DNA of 63,874 nt, filler included, from Octopus bimaculoides (GCF_001194135.2; 7 parts of 6 records of this genome joined end to end with filler, not necessarily neighbours in it); one strand, 5' to 3'; positions 39,868 to 54,217 are shown, counted from the first letter of the whole stretch. Numbers and translations are program-made. Notes: generated by a model from the sequence alone, not told the origin.

Positions 39868-41257
39868 ACGAACTACAAATCCCTCTATCTGCAGTTCAGT
39901 TTAGTTTTTCCCGTGCTCATTGGGCATCAATATAACGCAATCGTTTCCGCTGGTTGCGATTTCCTCTGCATCTGGCCGTGTGATATTGGCCACATTCGTA
40001 TTAACTATGAATGTTCTGCGCCATGTAGTTTTCCGTTTTCTTCTATTTCCCCGCCTCCAGTGGTGTACATTTGAAAGCTGTTTTAGAATGGCTTTGTTCT
40101 GGCATCCAACGTATGGGAACTGAAGGCTGGGTAATGGGATGTTGGGATGTTCATTGTCTTCTCATGAACAGAGCAGTGACTGAAAAATACTTTCAGCTGA
40201 TTGAATCTGGACTGGAAACCAACTACTACGGTGGGATGAGTGCTTCTTACTCTACACCATACGCCATTATGGCTTCACTCTCATACAGCATTCTACAAAT
40301 ATTCTACAAATGGCTTTTTAAATAAATTCATTTTTTTCTCATTTCGACTCCGAAGTTAATTAGAGACAACAGTTAATAAGAGAATTCGACTATGAAATAT
40401 TAGTTCATTAAATGTCTGACAAGTTTCTTCTGGCGAGAATTTGTCATTGGTATTTTTAGCTGCCGACCAGACGAGATATGAATCTCCTTCCATCGCCTCC
40501 CTACCCTTTCTAGATAGGAACGTTAGTCTGTTGCAGAACAACGTCAGACAAAGTCACGTGATTTTATTACAGCAAAACTGTCAGAATTTCGACTGACAAC
40601 CCTATATAACATATTTTAATCACTCAACTAAAACACATGACTGCTTCAAGCATAAGGTACCTAGTTCGAATCACTATGACAACGTTATTTTATGGCTTAT
40701 CAGTGAAAGAAGTTAATACATCTACCCTCATTTATCACTGATTCATTCGACACTGATTCGAATTGATCTATAATAACACAGGTCGGTGATCTGTCAGATA
40801 TTCTTTGTGGATCGCAAAAGCGTGCCCCAGCGTCTATCCACAATGTTCTGAACAACTTGGGATCTTGGAAGGCAGTCCATTTCCAACTTATGTTTTATTA
40901 TTCATTCATTATTGATTCATTTAACACAGTGTTTCTTTTGAAACTAAACATAGACGAGGATTGATGTATGAGGTATTCATTATCAATTTTAAAAAAAAGA
41001 GATTATTCCCTTATTTACCAAGGAAGATTAATCCACAGTGAATTGGAATTAGAGCAATTGAGATTAAATCTGTTAGAGATGAATAGAAAGTATGATGGCC
41101 AGGAAATAACTTTAGCTGTTAAATTTAGCGCCACAACCTTGATTTTTAATATAATAAAATTATTTCACAATTGTCGGTTTTGATATTTAGCTCTAGATAA
41201 GATGAAATCGATCTTATCTATGATCCAAAAGCATTTCAGTCTTTGACCATCCCACCT

Positions 41258-41301
<44 letters not shown>

Positions 41302-41303
<2 letters not shown>

Positions 41304-41583
41304 GTAGTACCTCGGTTTTCGAACAACTCTGATCGCGAATAAATCAGGCTTTATATATATATATATATANNNNNNNNNNNNNNNNNNNNNNNNNNNNNNN
41401 NNNNNNNNNNNNNNNNNNNNNNNNNNNNNNNNNNNNNNNNNNNNNNNNNNNNNNNNNNNNNNNNNNNNNNNNNNNNNNNNNNNNNNNNNNNNNNNNAGAT
41501 AGATAGATAGATAGATAGATATAGATATAGATAAAGCATGATTCATTCGTGATCACAGGCGTTCGTAAACCGAGGTACTACTG
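41302..41583. mobile_element. Tigger/pogo-like MITE with internal microsatellite and gap
   Basis: TIRs cagtagtacctcggttttcgaac / gttcgtaaaccgaggtactactg. TA on the right, TG on the left. Confidence 0.75.
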
Positions 41584-41785
41584 TATTAAATGAATATGAG
41601 AAAGGCAGGAGATAAAGTGCGATTTATTCGTGATCAGAATTGTCAGAAGACCGAGTTTCTGCTATATATAGATAGATAAAGACACAAAGAGAGAGGGTGG
41701 GGAGAGAAAGGAAGAGATAGAGAGAAAGAGAGGGGTGAGAGAAAAGAAGAGAGAGAGGGGTGAGAGAAAAGAAGAGAGAGAGAAA

Positions 41786-41846
<61 letters not shown>

Positions 41847-41974
41847 TGTGTGTGTGTGGGGCAATTATGCAAATAAACAAATATGATATAACAGCTTCGG
41901 TTTAATACATAATATATATATGTATACGTAGTCTGATCGATAAGTAGCCGGACTGTTGCTATAATAACAAAGTT

Positions 41975-42048
41975 CCTCATTCCTAAGGTATCTTTCGATG
42001 TTATTGTTGTTGTTGTTATTATTATTGTTGTTGTTGCTTTGTTATTAC

Positions 42049-42099
<51 letters not shown>

Positions 42100-42103
42100 C
42101 ATC

Positions 42104-42134
<31 letters not shown>

Positions 42135-42205
42135 TCACTGCCTGGAATCGAACTCGGAATCTTGGGGTTAGTAGTCCGCACCCTTAACCACTACACCATA
42201 AGCCC
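41975..42205 (-). mobile_element. tRNA-derived SINE head + (AAT)n + start of the hammerhead-bearing unit
   Basis: A box TGGTGTAGTGG and B box GAGTTCGATTCC, then (AAT/AAC)n, then ATCGAAAGATACCTTAGGAATGAG, which matches the unit starts at ~31934 and ~32200. Confidence 0.65.
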
Positions 42206-42327
42206 ATGAAGCCCAGATTCGAATATTCCCCAAGAATGAATGGGCCATTTCAAAATGTAGCTACATGTGGATTGTTGGCGATTTCTTTCCTCCGTCTTAC
42301 TTTTCTCTTGGACTTTCCTCTGTCTCC

Positions 42328-42364
42328 TGTTTCTGAAGAAGAGCTTTGTTCGAAACGTAAAATA
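42328..42364 (+). ncRNA. Minimal type I hammerhead ribozyme motif, all core nucleotides intact
   Basis: TGTTT-CTGAAGA-A-GAGC/TTT/GTTC-GAAAC-GTA-AAATA. Helix I 5 bp (one G-U), helix II 4 bp, palindromic ACGU helix III, GUA cleavage triplet. Confidence 0.7.
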
Positions 42365-45300
42365 CCCTTTCTTTTCTTCCCTGAGCATCTTTTAATACTT
42401 TGTATGTACCACGTACTCACGTTGTTCTTTTTTCTTGTGCTTTTCTTCGTTTTTAAAAAAAATTAATTATATACATATATATACATATGCATACATATAT
42501 ACATTCATACNNNNNNNNNNNNNNNNNNNNNNNNNNNNNNNNNNNNNNNNNNNNNNNNNNNNNNNNNNNNNNNNNNNNNNNNNNNNNNNNNNNNNNNNNN
42601 NNNNNNNNNNNNNNNNNNNNNNNNNNNNNNNNNNNNNNNNNNNNNNNNNNNNNNNNNNNNNNNNNNNNNNNNNNNNNNNNNNNNNNNNNNNNNNNNNNNN
42701 NNNNNNNNNNNNNNNNNNNNNNNNNNNNNNNNNNNNNNNNNNNNNNNNNNNNNNNNNNNNNNNNNNNNNNNNNNNNNNNNNNNNNNNNNNNNNNNNNNNN
42801 NNNNNNNNNNNNNNNNNNNNNNNNNNNNNNAAGAATCGATTAAGGTTGTTCATAATTTTTCCAGTCTGCAGAAAAATGGGTAAACTTTGCCCTGTTAATC
42901 ATTATACCATATGTTACATATTTATTATATCATACCTTGTTACTGTATGGACTAAGATCCCCGTTGACAGGCCGTTGGTATTTATAGTGCTAAACACTTT
43001 CGGTATGCAAATTAGGGACGCCTTCATAGAGTAACTGCTGCATTTGTTGAGTATATAAACAGTTTGGCTGCTTGTTTCTCTGAAAACTGTCAGAATGATG
43101 TGGACGCCTCTAACTAGAACCCAACAACGTTCGGAAATCGCTTAAGTTTATTCTTCATTTTTCCGAATCTGCAGAAAAATGGCTAAAATTTACCCTGTTT
43201 ATCATTATACCATATGTTACATATATATATATATATATGACATACTGACTGATATACTCTCCAGCCTTCATGAGGTGTCTTGTGGAGGATATATCAGCGG
43301 AACTGTTGTGTTAACAACAAACAAGATGAAGACAAATATCCGTCAAATGTAAATAGTGTATCTATCATAATGTTGGTAGATGTAGTTCAGCAAAATACGC
43401 AACCAGGAATGAGAGCAAATAAACACTGGGTAAATCGCGCCTCCGTCACTAAGGTAGAAAAAATATTATATTTCAGATCATGATGCAGAGAAGTTTTCGC
43501 CAATGGGCTTCGTCAGTAGCAAGTGTCCATAAGTAACCGCACTGTAAAACAAAATCTGACGTTACTGATGCAGTAAAATAGTAATATAGTAAAACAGGTA
43601 TTTAATGTTTATTACAACGATCAACAATTCAAATTTAAGTTTGCCATTAGTGCTGAGAATTATAGCAACCTCTGACCTTTAGCAGACTTCATTACCCAAC
43701 TACAGATGTATTCTACAGAAAAGACAACATAGTTGTTCTTCTAATAATGATTCCTTTTATTGTTCTACAAATAATAAAACAACTTAATGTTTATTAAAAA
43801 ACAAAAACAATTTTTTTTCCAAAAATCTTAATAGTTAACACTTACCATTTAGAATAATAGTATAATACAATGATATTATACATTCTTGAAGTCGGAAGTG
43901 GAATATTGTTTAGTATGTTTTTGTATGTATGTATGTATGTATGTATGTGTATATATGTATGTGTATGTATGTATATATGTATGTGTATGTATAAATGTAT
44001 GAGTATGCATGAATGTATGTGCGTATGTATGACTGTATCTATATTTGTGTATATATGTGTCTGCGAGTGTGTGTTTATGTATATGTTTATGTACGTGTGA
44101 GAACGTGCGCATGAATGTGTATGCGTGGACGTATGTATACATATATATATTTAAAACATACACTTACCCACAAGCACACACATATACATATATACATATG
44201 TATGTTTATACATACGTATACATATATGCGTATGTATTTATGTGTGAGTCTTGGTTTGTGTAAGTATATATATATATACATACATACACTATACGCGCGT
44301 GTGTTTGTCATTTACAACAATGAAACATCTGTCTGTTGTGACTTTGATCAGAGACAAATCCTGACAGATGCACTAAAAATATATGAATGATTAAAAGAAT
44401 TATCCTACCTTTCCCTTCCACACCTCTTCTTCCCCACTCTCGTTGCCAACACACGGCTTTTGTTAATTAAACAAACGGTTGATGAATAGATGAAAGTTGT
44501 GCAATGCTTAAATCCGGTAAGTCACTATAACAATAAACGTCTTTATAAGACTTTATTTAAGACCATGAGACGACAACGTCAGAAAGAGACGGTGAATTTA
44601 ACAGAAACGATTCATGCAGACAAAGAGATAAAGTCATACCAGGAAAAAAATGTTTTTACATATAAGCGAAGATAATGAAGAGCAATTAGTAAAAAAATGT
44701 ATAAAACAGGAAAGAAAAATGATTGAAAAAAAAAAAGGAAAAGAATTGAAACAACGAACAACCACTATGGCAACGACTGTGTTGTCTAAATGACAAGACA
44801 GAACTTGAGAAAATAATGCTATTAATGTTAGTTATATTAGTAAAAAAAAAAGATAGAGCCTCTCAGCAAAAATACAAAATACAGACTGGGATAAATATAA
44901 TATACCGTAGGATAAAATCCTATCAGGGTTGACTTTAACTTCTCCTCTTCTTAATACAGGTTTATTGGATAGATCAGGAACACATGGTGGTGGACTGGAC
45001 GTATGGTTGCAACGTCGGATAAAATTGCCTTGCTGCATTTCTTCTGGTCAAATTGTTCTGAATTCAAAATCTTGCAGAGACCTATCTTGTCTTTCATTCT
45101 TCCGGAGTCAATAGAAAAATAGAAGCAGTTAAATATTGTGCGCCAACCTCATCCTCTCTGTCTCCCTTCTCCTCTTCTCCCTCATATCTGTTTCCTCCTC
45201 CTCCTCCTCTTCTTCTTCTTCTTCTTCTTCTTCTTCTTCTTCTTCTTCTTCTTCTTCTTCTTCTTCTTCTTCTTCTTCTTCTTCTTCTTCTTCTTCTTCT

Positions 45301-46649
45301 TCTTCTTCTCTTCCTCCTCCCCTCTCTCCAGACATTTTCTGTGCCTGCGTCTACTTGTAACTGCATGCGAATCTAGGAAAATAAAACACGAGTAAAAGTC
45401 ATGTGCTTACTGATACCAAGATATACTCGGCCACGAATTACAGCCGTATGATAAAATTCCAATAATATACTAAGGTAGCTTTTTATTAAGAAATCCTAAA
45501 CTGATTAATTGGGAATGATTGAATTGAGGGGACTATGTTACTATAAATGGTTGTTAGCGCTTTCTACTCTGTTTCTAGCATGGTTGTATACGTTTGTAAA
45601 TGCAGATAAATGTATTCCATCAATATTCATCCAGATAAATGCCTAGAAATGACGCATTTTCTGTAGGTGTATGCGTCCATAGATATAGATTTATAACGAA
45701 TAACAATATATCTACAGAAAATAGTAGTACAGTTACATATGTACATTTATCTATACTCTTATAAATATATAATACACTCTAGAGTATATAATGCACTCTT
45801 ATTGTTAGCTACGCAAGAAACAGAAAAGAAAACTTTAAATATTTACAGTAACATAGTATCTTCAGTCCAAACTTTTCTAATTATTCTGTTTAGAATGTCT
45901 TAATAGAACGCTAATAAAACCCAACACTCAATCCAACCTCTTACCTACTCTGTGTGACTAATTGCATTACATACAATCGTTCTTTTGCGAACCCACAAAA
46001 AACCTTATATACAAAGAATGTCGTGATCTGACTATGACGCATCTGTTGGTACCTGTACTTTTATACCTAACTGAACCTTAGATAATAACAAAATTGCCAC
46101 ATCAAACCAAAAAAAATCTCTTCACCATAATTCTCTATCAAACTGCACCGCGCAAACAAATACTCTTATCATATTCTCTTATATTTCCTCCTTCTTACGC
46201 GACTAATTTTCATGTTCACCTTCTTCGCACTTAATTATCATTGATATTATTTCACCTACCCAAAAGCAACTACCTACCAAAGACTATATAAAGTCAAAAA
46301 TGAATGAAAATAGACCACAATCTGACGAAAGCGAGCAAGCTGAAGCTTTACTATCAACCACTTCCTTCAAAAAGTTGATAAATATGTAGTCTACTGAAGA
46401 GTTTGGACTAATCCCTTATTTTAACGTTNNNNNNNNNNNNNNNNNNNNNNNNNNNNNNNNNNNNNNNNNNNNNNNNNNNNNNNNNNNNNNNNNNNNNNNN
46501 NNNNNNNNNNNNNNNNNNNNNNNNNNNNNNNNNNNNNNNNNNNNNNNNNNNNNNNNNNNNNNNNNNNNNNNNNNNNNNNNNNNNNNNNNNNNNNNNNNNN
46601 NNNNNNNNNNNNNNNNNNNNNNNNNNNNNNNNNNNNNNNNNNNNNNNNN

Positions 46650-46744
<95 letters not shown>

Positions 46745-47757
46745 GTATTTATTTATTTATTTATGTGTTTCAGCCAAGTGGCTGCGGTCATATGTATATA
46801 CATGTATGTATGAATGTATGTATCTATGTATCTATGTATGTGTGTGTATGTACGCATGTATATATACTCAATGATTATTTCTTGATTCGGGCTCAACTCT
46901 GTCAAGATCTTCATGAGCGGACCACGGGCTCTCACCCGAAGACCAAGTTACTCGAATCGAAAGATAAGCATTTATGAACCCCACCTCCCATTCATTCGAC
47001 ATAATTCACCCCACCACATCTACATGCACAATTTTGGTCAGCTTCATTTACATGACCTAACGTAAGGATACTATGATCTTTACACACACATCAACAATAC
47101 CAACACAAAGTATAGAAACTACAGCAGCACTAATCAATACTTACAACAATATCAAACAACAACACCGCCAAAAAACTCTTATAAAAGTTAAGACGTTCAT
47201 AATATTACAAGGGTTGCCATTCCATAATAGATTTAAGTGGTCCTGCATTATGATAACGAATGCCATACATCATCAGTTAGTAATGCAGATATATTATCTG
47301 GCCGTTGTAATTGAAACTAACGTCTGAGGAATAATATACGTAAGGGGAATTGATAATTTAATGCCTGGATATCTGGCATTGATGCAGTTTATAATGATAT
47401 GCTATGAAAGATTTATTAAATTGATCCCGATACTTGGTTGGCACGTAAGTATAAGTACACATACTTGCACAAGTGGGTAGTAGTCTCTTTAGTCCAAAAA
47501 AGACAGATTTGCAATTTCTTATTGACCAACCTGCGCGAACGATTTGTTTATATTGATCAAATGTATGTGCTGTGCATTAGCTCACAGCCTCTATCAAAGT
47601 GATATTGTCTGAGCAGGTGCACGGTGTACTACACATCAGGTGTCAGTGTGATCACAGAAAACCTGAGATCAAGTGCTTTGCTCAAGAAGACAACGCACCA
47701 CTTGGTCCAAGTCTTGCGATCGTGAGTGCAACACCCTAACATACATACATACATACA

Positions 47758-47791
<34 letters not shown>

Positions 47792-47984
47792 CATACATAA
47801 TACATGCTCGCATGCGTACATACATACGTGCATACATATATACATACATACATACATGCATGCATATATGCACACATGCATACCATCATGTATACATACA
47901 TACGTACTTCCTTACATACATACACACGTGCATACATAAAAAGCAAATTAGTGAGAAGATACACTTATATGGGCTTTCTTTGCG

Positions 47985-49396
47985 AAATATATCTTTGGTT
48001 ACGTTCTTGTTTCCCAACCACATGGTTTCGGGTTCAGTCCCACTGCGTGGCACCTTGGAAAAGTGTCTTTGTCGACCAAAACTTTGTGAGTGGATTTGGT
48101 AGACGGAAACTGAAAGAAGCTCGTCGTGTATATATATGTATATATATTGGGTCATCCTATAAATAATGCGAGTTTTTTATACTTCTATTAGTTTTCTAAT
48201 TTAAGATAAAGTTATTTTTTAATCTAAAATATAATCTCCTTCATTTTCTATAGTGCTCTTCCATCTATCTGGTAGACTTGCAAGGCCCCTCTTCCAAAAT
48301 TCACTTCTCCGTGTAGAAAAGTATTCCTCCAGTACTGTTCTAACCTTGTCTATTCTCCAGAATTTATATTTTTTCCATCCAAATAATTGTGAAGACTGCG
48401 GAATACATGATAATCAGATGGGGAAATGTCTGACGAATATCCTGGGTGGGGTATCGTTTCCCATTCAAACTGCTCTAGCCTTTGGAATGTTATCCTCGCT
48501 GTATGTGGCCGAGCATTATCATGATGGGAAAACACCTTTCGTCTTGAAACCAAAGATGGTTGTTTTTCTTCTAGCGCTGACTTACGCCGCTCAAGCTGCT
48601 CACAGTAGATCTTTGTTATCGTTTAGTTTGGGTTTAAAAGTTTAAAGTGGACTAAACCTTTCATATGTCACCAAACAAATAACAACACCTCACATGGGTG
48701 AAGACTTTCTTTAGCCTGAGGTACCAGTGTTTCTCCTTTCCCTATTCACTCTCTCCGGCGCTTGACATTTTTATAGAGAACCCATTTCTCTTCACCAGTC
48801 ACTATTCGCTCCAAAGCAGGTTCATTCGTGAGATGTGACAGCAAAGAAGAATACATATTCGCTCTCTGCGAGCGATTAGACTCGATACGTTTGTGAGGAA
48901 CCCATTGACCCAATTTGCTGACTTTTCCGATTAATGGTTGAATCCATGATTCTCTGCTAAGTTCCTCAACAGTTACGATGGGGTTTTGTTCTACCAGGTT
49001 TTGCAGGACGTCCTCGTCGTGCTCTACAGATCTTCCAGGACTTGGCTCGTCTTCTAGACTGTAGTTTCCGGCTCAGAATTTTTGGAACCAGCGTTGACAC
49101 TAGCTTACGCTTATTGTCCGAGTCCCATATACTGCATTAATATTCCTCGCAATTTCCGTTGCGTTGTTGCTTCTTTTATTGAACTTATAAAGCAAAATAT
49201 GTCGAATATGCTCCTTTGTCACTTCCATTATAGCCTTGAAAAAATAACTGCACTCTTCAAAACTTGCACTAAGAATAAGGATAAGGTAAAATTATTACCT
49301 GCTTTTATAGTAAGTTGATGCAGGTAATTGACCTTGTCTCCCTCCGACTTTTAGTTCATGCAATTGAATAGCCCGCAGTATTTATGGGATGACCTA

Positions 49397-49427
<31 letters not shown>

Positions 49428-49685
49428 TGTATGATATATTTATTTATTTATACATATATGTATATATCTATGTGCGTGTGTGTGAGTGTGTGTATTTGTC
49501 CCCCCCCCATCTCACCGCTTGGCAACCAGTGTTGTTGTGCTTACGCCTCCGTAACTTAGTGGTTCGGCAATAGAGTCCGATAGAAAAAGTACTAGACTTT
49601 AAAAAAAAATTGTTCGTCTAAAACCTTTGGAAGTTGTGCTCCAGCATAATTGCGGTCAAATGACTGAAACAGATAAATAAACAAA
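47985..49685 (+). mobile_element. SINE split by the mariner insertion
   Basis: Head 47985-48146 ends in (TA)n. The tail (ttgtcccccc...gtgctccagc...tgactgaaac) resumes at ~49400-49685. Confidence 0.7.
48147..49397 (-). mobile_element. Full-length degenerate mariner transposon (~1.25 kb)
   Basis: TIRs ttgggtcatcctataaataatgcgag / ttaggtcatcccataaatactgcggg with TA on both sides. Transposase remnant HDNARPHTA...PHPGYSSDISPSDYHVFRSL. Multiple frameshifts and stops. Confidence 0.9.
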
Positions 49686-49699
49686 TAGAAAAGAATATA

Positions 49700-50816
49700 T
49701 TGGGTATCTTTCGAAAGCTGTAAATTTCTTCTAACTTATTTTTTTCACCTTACATTTTAGATAAATAATGTCAGACATCAGGTTGACTCAGCAAATGAAA
49801 AGGTGTGCTGTAATTGTTGCCTTGAAGTCGCAGCATAGTGATACTCATATAGTTTTTTTCCTGAAAGTTGCCCTCGAAAGGTACTGGAAGCTGCTGAGAG
49901 GGACCCAACATGAGCAGTTAAACGCAAAACGCATGTACAGAGTCCTGATACCACCAGAACACATAACTTTGTACGCAAAGTCCAAGAAATAATCGATAAT
50001 CCACCCCCAAAAGTTAATCAGAGGTATTGCAAAGAATCTCAAAGTTTCAGAATGCATAAACAGAAGAGTTGCGCATGAGGACATCCGGTACGTATCGTAT
50101 GTGATGCGGTTTATGTCGGATGTTACAAGAGAGAATCATTCGACCAGGACCAAAAGGCAAACCGAAGGAAAAACGGATAGTTATGCAGAGACTCAAATGA
50201 GGTTTCAACGGTCGTGTATACTAAGTTCTCAGCAACTGTGATGGCATTCGTCAGCAAGGAGGAAGATGTCATGCCGCCGGACCTTTTTTCACAGGGCTAA
50301 AGAGTTAATACCGATGTCTACATATAAGTGTTGGAGAAAGTTATGAAGCCCTGGATAGACAAAATACGCAATGGAAGACCGTATAGCTTCCAACAAGACT
50401 GCAGCGTCTCAGAAGGCTAGTACAATCCAAGCGTGTATGCCTGACAGTCTTCATGAACATGTTCACCAGACACATGATCTTCTAGCTCACCAGACCTCAA
50501 TTCATTGGACCATTATGCATGGGGCGTAGTCGAGAGAGGTCAATCGACACCACCATAACACAATACAATCTCTCGAGTTTGCCATAAACAGCACTATGTC
50601 CAAAATTGATAAATATCATCCGATTCAGGCATGTCAACGCTCCCGAACCCGTACTGAAGCAACTATTAATGAGAACGGTGGATTCATTGAGCAGGTGTAA
50701 TAAAAAGATTCTCAAGATAATGTGTACCAGCTTGTTTTCAAATACAGCTTTTCTTTTATGAAATAAGCGCCTTTTTCTAAACTCATACAAAAAACCTAAA
50801 AATCTGATGCACCCTG
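49700..50816 (+). mobile_element. Degenerate Tc1/mariner (maT/DD37D-like) transposon
   Basis: Broken frames give FQQD...SSPDLNSLDHYAWGVVER..NRHHHNTIQSL...ACQRSRTRTEATINENGGFIE*. Ends gcaccctg-TA. Confidence 0.75.
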
Positions 50817-50818
50817 TA

Positions 50819-50876
<58 letters not shown>

Positions 50877-50882
<6 letters not shown>

Positions 50883-51665
50883 GCCATAGCCACAAGTACG
50901 ATGAAAATAGCTCTTAAACGGGAAGGAAGAGCTATTTTCATCGTACTTGTGGCTATGGCGAAAGAATGTGTATGGTGGACGCGTCTGAAAGGTCTAGAGA
51001 CAAAGACTTTCCTCTCTGGGCAATCTCTCATCAACTTCTTCAAGTATCACCTGAAGAGGAAGGNNNNNNNNNNNNNNNNNNNNNNNNNNNNNNNNNNNNN
51101 NNNNNNNNNNNNNNNNNNNNNNNNNNNNNNNNNNNNNNNNNNNNNNNNNNNNNNNNNNNNNNNNNNNNNNNNNNNNNNNNNNNNNNNNNNNNNNNNNNNN
51201 NNNNNNNNNNNNNNNNNNNNNNNNNNNNNNNNNNNNNNNNNNNNNNNNNNNNNNNNNNNNNNNNNNNNNNNNNNNNNNNNNNNNNNNNNNNNNNNNNNNN
51301 NNNNNNNNNNNNNNNNNNNNNNNNNNNNNNNNNNNNNNNNNNNNNNNNNNNNNNNNNNNNNNNNNNNNNNNNNNNNNNNNNNNGTTACCGTGGTCTTTAC
51401 CGCAGGCTTTTCTTTCCACGGCCAAACCTAAACTGTCCTCCCCTCCTTTTACACGAGAACATTACTGTGTGATACACGATCCCTATTGATCGCCCCTTTT
51501 TTTATTTTTTTTTCCGATCCCTTTTGATCGAACTCCCCCCTTTTCCTTCCTACGATCCCTTTTGATCGACCCCCACCTTTTTTCCCCTTCCCCCTCCCAA
51601 AAAGAAAAGCTCTACATTGTATTTGTCCCATCTTCGTTGAGCCCTGTGTGGCTAATAAAAGAAAT
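50877..51665 (+). mobile_element. 5'-truncated Tx1/L1-like LINE end inserted in (TATC)n, with a 5' inverted duplication
   Basis: AIFIVLVAMAKECVWWTRLKG...LINFFKYHLKRK, a gap, then a UTR ending aataaaagaaat. (TATC)n on both sides. Clade call rests on remembered C-terminal pattern only. Confidence 0.55.
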
Positions 51666-52395
51666 GTATCTATCTATCTATCTACCTGTCTATTTGTCTG
51701 TTTGTCTGTCTGTCTGTCTGTCCGCCCGTCCGCCCGTCCACCCGTCCGCTCGTCCGTCTGTCTATATCATAAATAGATAGATAGATAGATATCATAGATA
51801 GATAGACTGGCAAATAGTGAGTATCATACATACATTCAAACAAACGCACACATATTAATATATAAACATACATACATGCATNNNNNNNNNNNNNNNNNNN
51901 NNNNNNNNNNNNNNNNNNNNNNNNNTTAATTAATTAANNNNNNNNNNNNNNNNNNNNNNNNNNNNNNNNNNNNNNNNNNNNTATACATGCACACGTTGAC
52001 ATAACTTCATTTCATTTCCTCACACATGTAAATGCCTAGAAACATACTGAAACACACACACACACCTGGAAGACAAAGAAATAGACACCGATATACACTG
52101 AAGGAATTATATGCAACAGAAACCAATCGATTTACGCATATATTGACAGACATAACTAGTGACAGCTTCGCGTGTGTATGAGTGTTGTGCTATGCATACA
52201 CACGCACACACACATGCACACATACATATAGAGTGAGAAGTAGTTGTGGTGCACCTGAGAATTGTACATAATTTCTTTCATATATGATCCATATATATTT
52301 CCCCTTGTTTATTCGCTGCCAGTTGTGACTGAGAAAATTTCTTAGGTCTTAGGTCTCTTGGTTAGCTCCTGACAAATATGTGTGTATGTGTGCAT

Positions 52396-52430
<35 letters not shown>

Positions 52431-52439
52431 TTATATATA

Positions 52440-53130
52440 TATTCTTTTATTGTTTTATTTTTTTAGTCGTTTGACTGCGGCCATGCTGGAGCACCGCCTT
52501 CAGTCGAGCAAGTCGACCCCAGGACTTATTCTTTGTAAGCCTAGCATTTACTCTATCGGTCTCTCTTGCTGAACGGGAACGTAAACACACCAGCACGGTT
52601 GTCAGACAACCGTGCTGGTGTGTTTACGTTCCCGNNNNNNNNNNNNNNNNNNNNNNNNNNNNNNNNNNNNNNNNNNNNNNNNNNNNNNNNNNNNNNNNNN
52701 NNNNNNNNNNNNNNNNNNNNNNNNNNNNNNNNNNNNNNNNNNNNNNNNNNNNNNNNNNNNNNNNNNNNNNNNNNNNNNNNNNNNNNNNNNNNNNNNNNNN
52801 NNNNNNNNNNNNNNNNNNNNNNNNNNNNNNNNNNNNNNNNNNNNNNNNNNNNNNNNNNNNNNNNNNNNNNNNNNNNNNNNNNNNNNNNNNNNNNNNNNNN
52901 NNNNNNNNNNNNNNNNNNNNNNNNNNNNNNNNNNNNNNNNNNNTATATATAATATGTGTTCCTCAGTAACGCTTGACAACCGGTGATGGTCTGCTCATGT
53001 CCTCAGGCGGTTCAAATAGTACCAGGCTTAAAAAAGAAATAAGTTCTGGGGGCGATTCTTTCGACTAAAAATTCTTGAAGGCGATGCCCCAGTATGGCTG
53101 TGATCTAATTACTGAAATAAATTAAACAAT
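52440..53130. mobile_element. Two divergent SINE tails either side of a gap
   Basis: 52440-52634 minus and 52960-53130 plus, both of the gtgctccagcatggccgcagtc type. Confidence 0.65.
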
Positions 53131-54173
53131 AAGTTAAGAAGGATATATAGGGAGATCTTTGCATGATAGTATGCAATGGTGTAGCTAGAGCGTCCCATTC
53201 TGGGGCCCCAAGTTTTATACAAACTTATACAGCAGACCTAAATGGGTGGCCTCCAGAAGAGTGTTACTCAGGGTGGACCACCTTCCCTATGACTAGGTTA
53301 CAGTTAGCATGACTTGTCAGAAATCGTAACCGATATTCCTGAACTCATATGGCACCCGTTTTAGGTTAGCTAATTAACCACTGCTTTAATTTAGCTAATG
53401 AACTACGGTTATGACGACGAGGGTTCCAGTTGATCCGATCAACGGAACAGCCTGCTCGTGAATTTAACGTGCAAGTGGCTGAGTACTCCATAGACACATG
53501 CACCCTTAATGTAATTCTCAGGGAGATTGAGCGTGACATAGAATGTGACAAGGCTGGCCCCTTTATATTACAGGTACTACTCATTTTTTGAGAAGTCGCA
53601 TGGCTCAGTGGTTAGAGCGTCGAACTTACGATCGTGAGGTTGTGAGTTCAAATCCCGGATCGGGCTGCGTGTTGCGTTCTTGAGCAAGACACTTTACAAT
53701 TGCGCGCACACACACTTACATGTACATATATATACACGTACACAAACATACATGCACATGTACACACGTACACACATTTACTTGCACATATATACACGTA
53801 CACACGCATTTATATATAAATACACACACACACGCACACACATACACACACACACAGAAACAGGAGCCAAATCTCCCTCAAACCTCACACTGGAGGGGTA
53901 TTTTTTCTTTTTCCTTTTTCTTTTCTTTCTTTTTCAGAAAATAGCACATTGAAGAATGTATTCCTAGATATAAATGTGAACTAATGGTGGGACTGCCATG
54001 CTTGGAACGGCTTTCATGATGGATCTGCTGCGTCATAAAAAAACATTAAGCAAAATAACAAACATGACAGCCACCAGATACGCGCGCACGCAAACACACA
54101 CATGCACACACACACACACACACACACATATTTTCATCATATACACATGCACATACAAACTTGACACACACAA

Positions 54174-54217
<44 letters not shown>

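Noticed and set aside
39860-40350. GC-richer unique segment with a possible zinc-knuckle remnant (YECGQYHTARC, minus strand)
   Set aside because: Spacing does not fit CCHC and the frames are interrupted. It cannot be assigned.
42131-42205. Possible tRNA gene
   Set aside because: No acceptor-stem pairing or oligo-T terminator, and it runs into (AAT)n. Treated as a SINE head.
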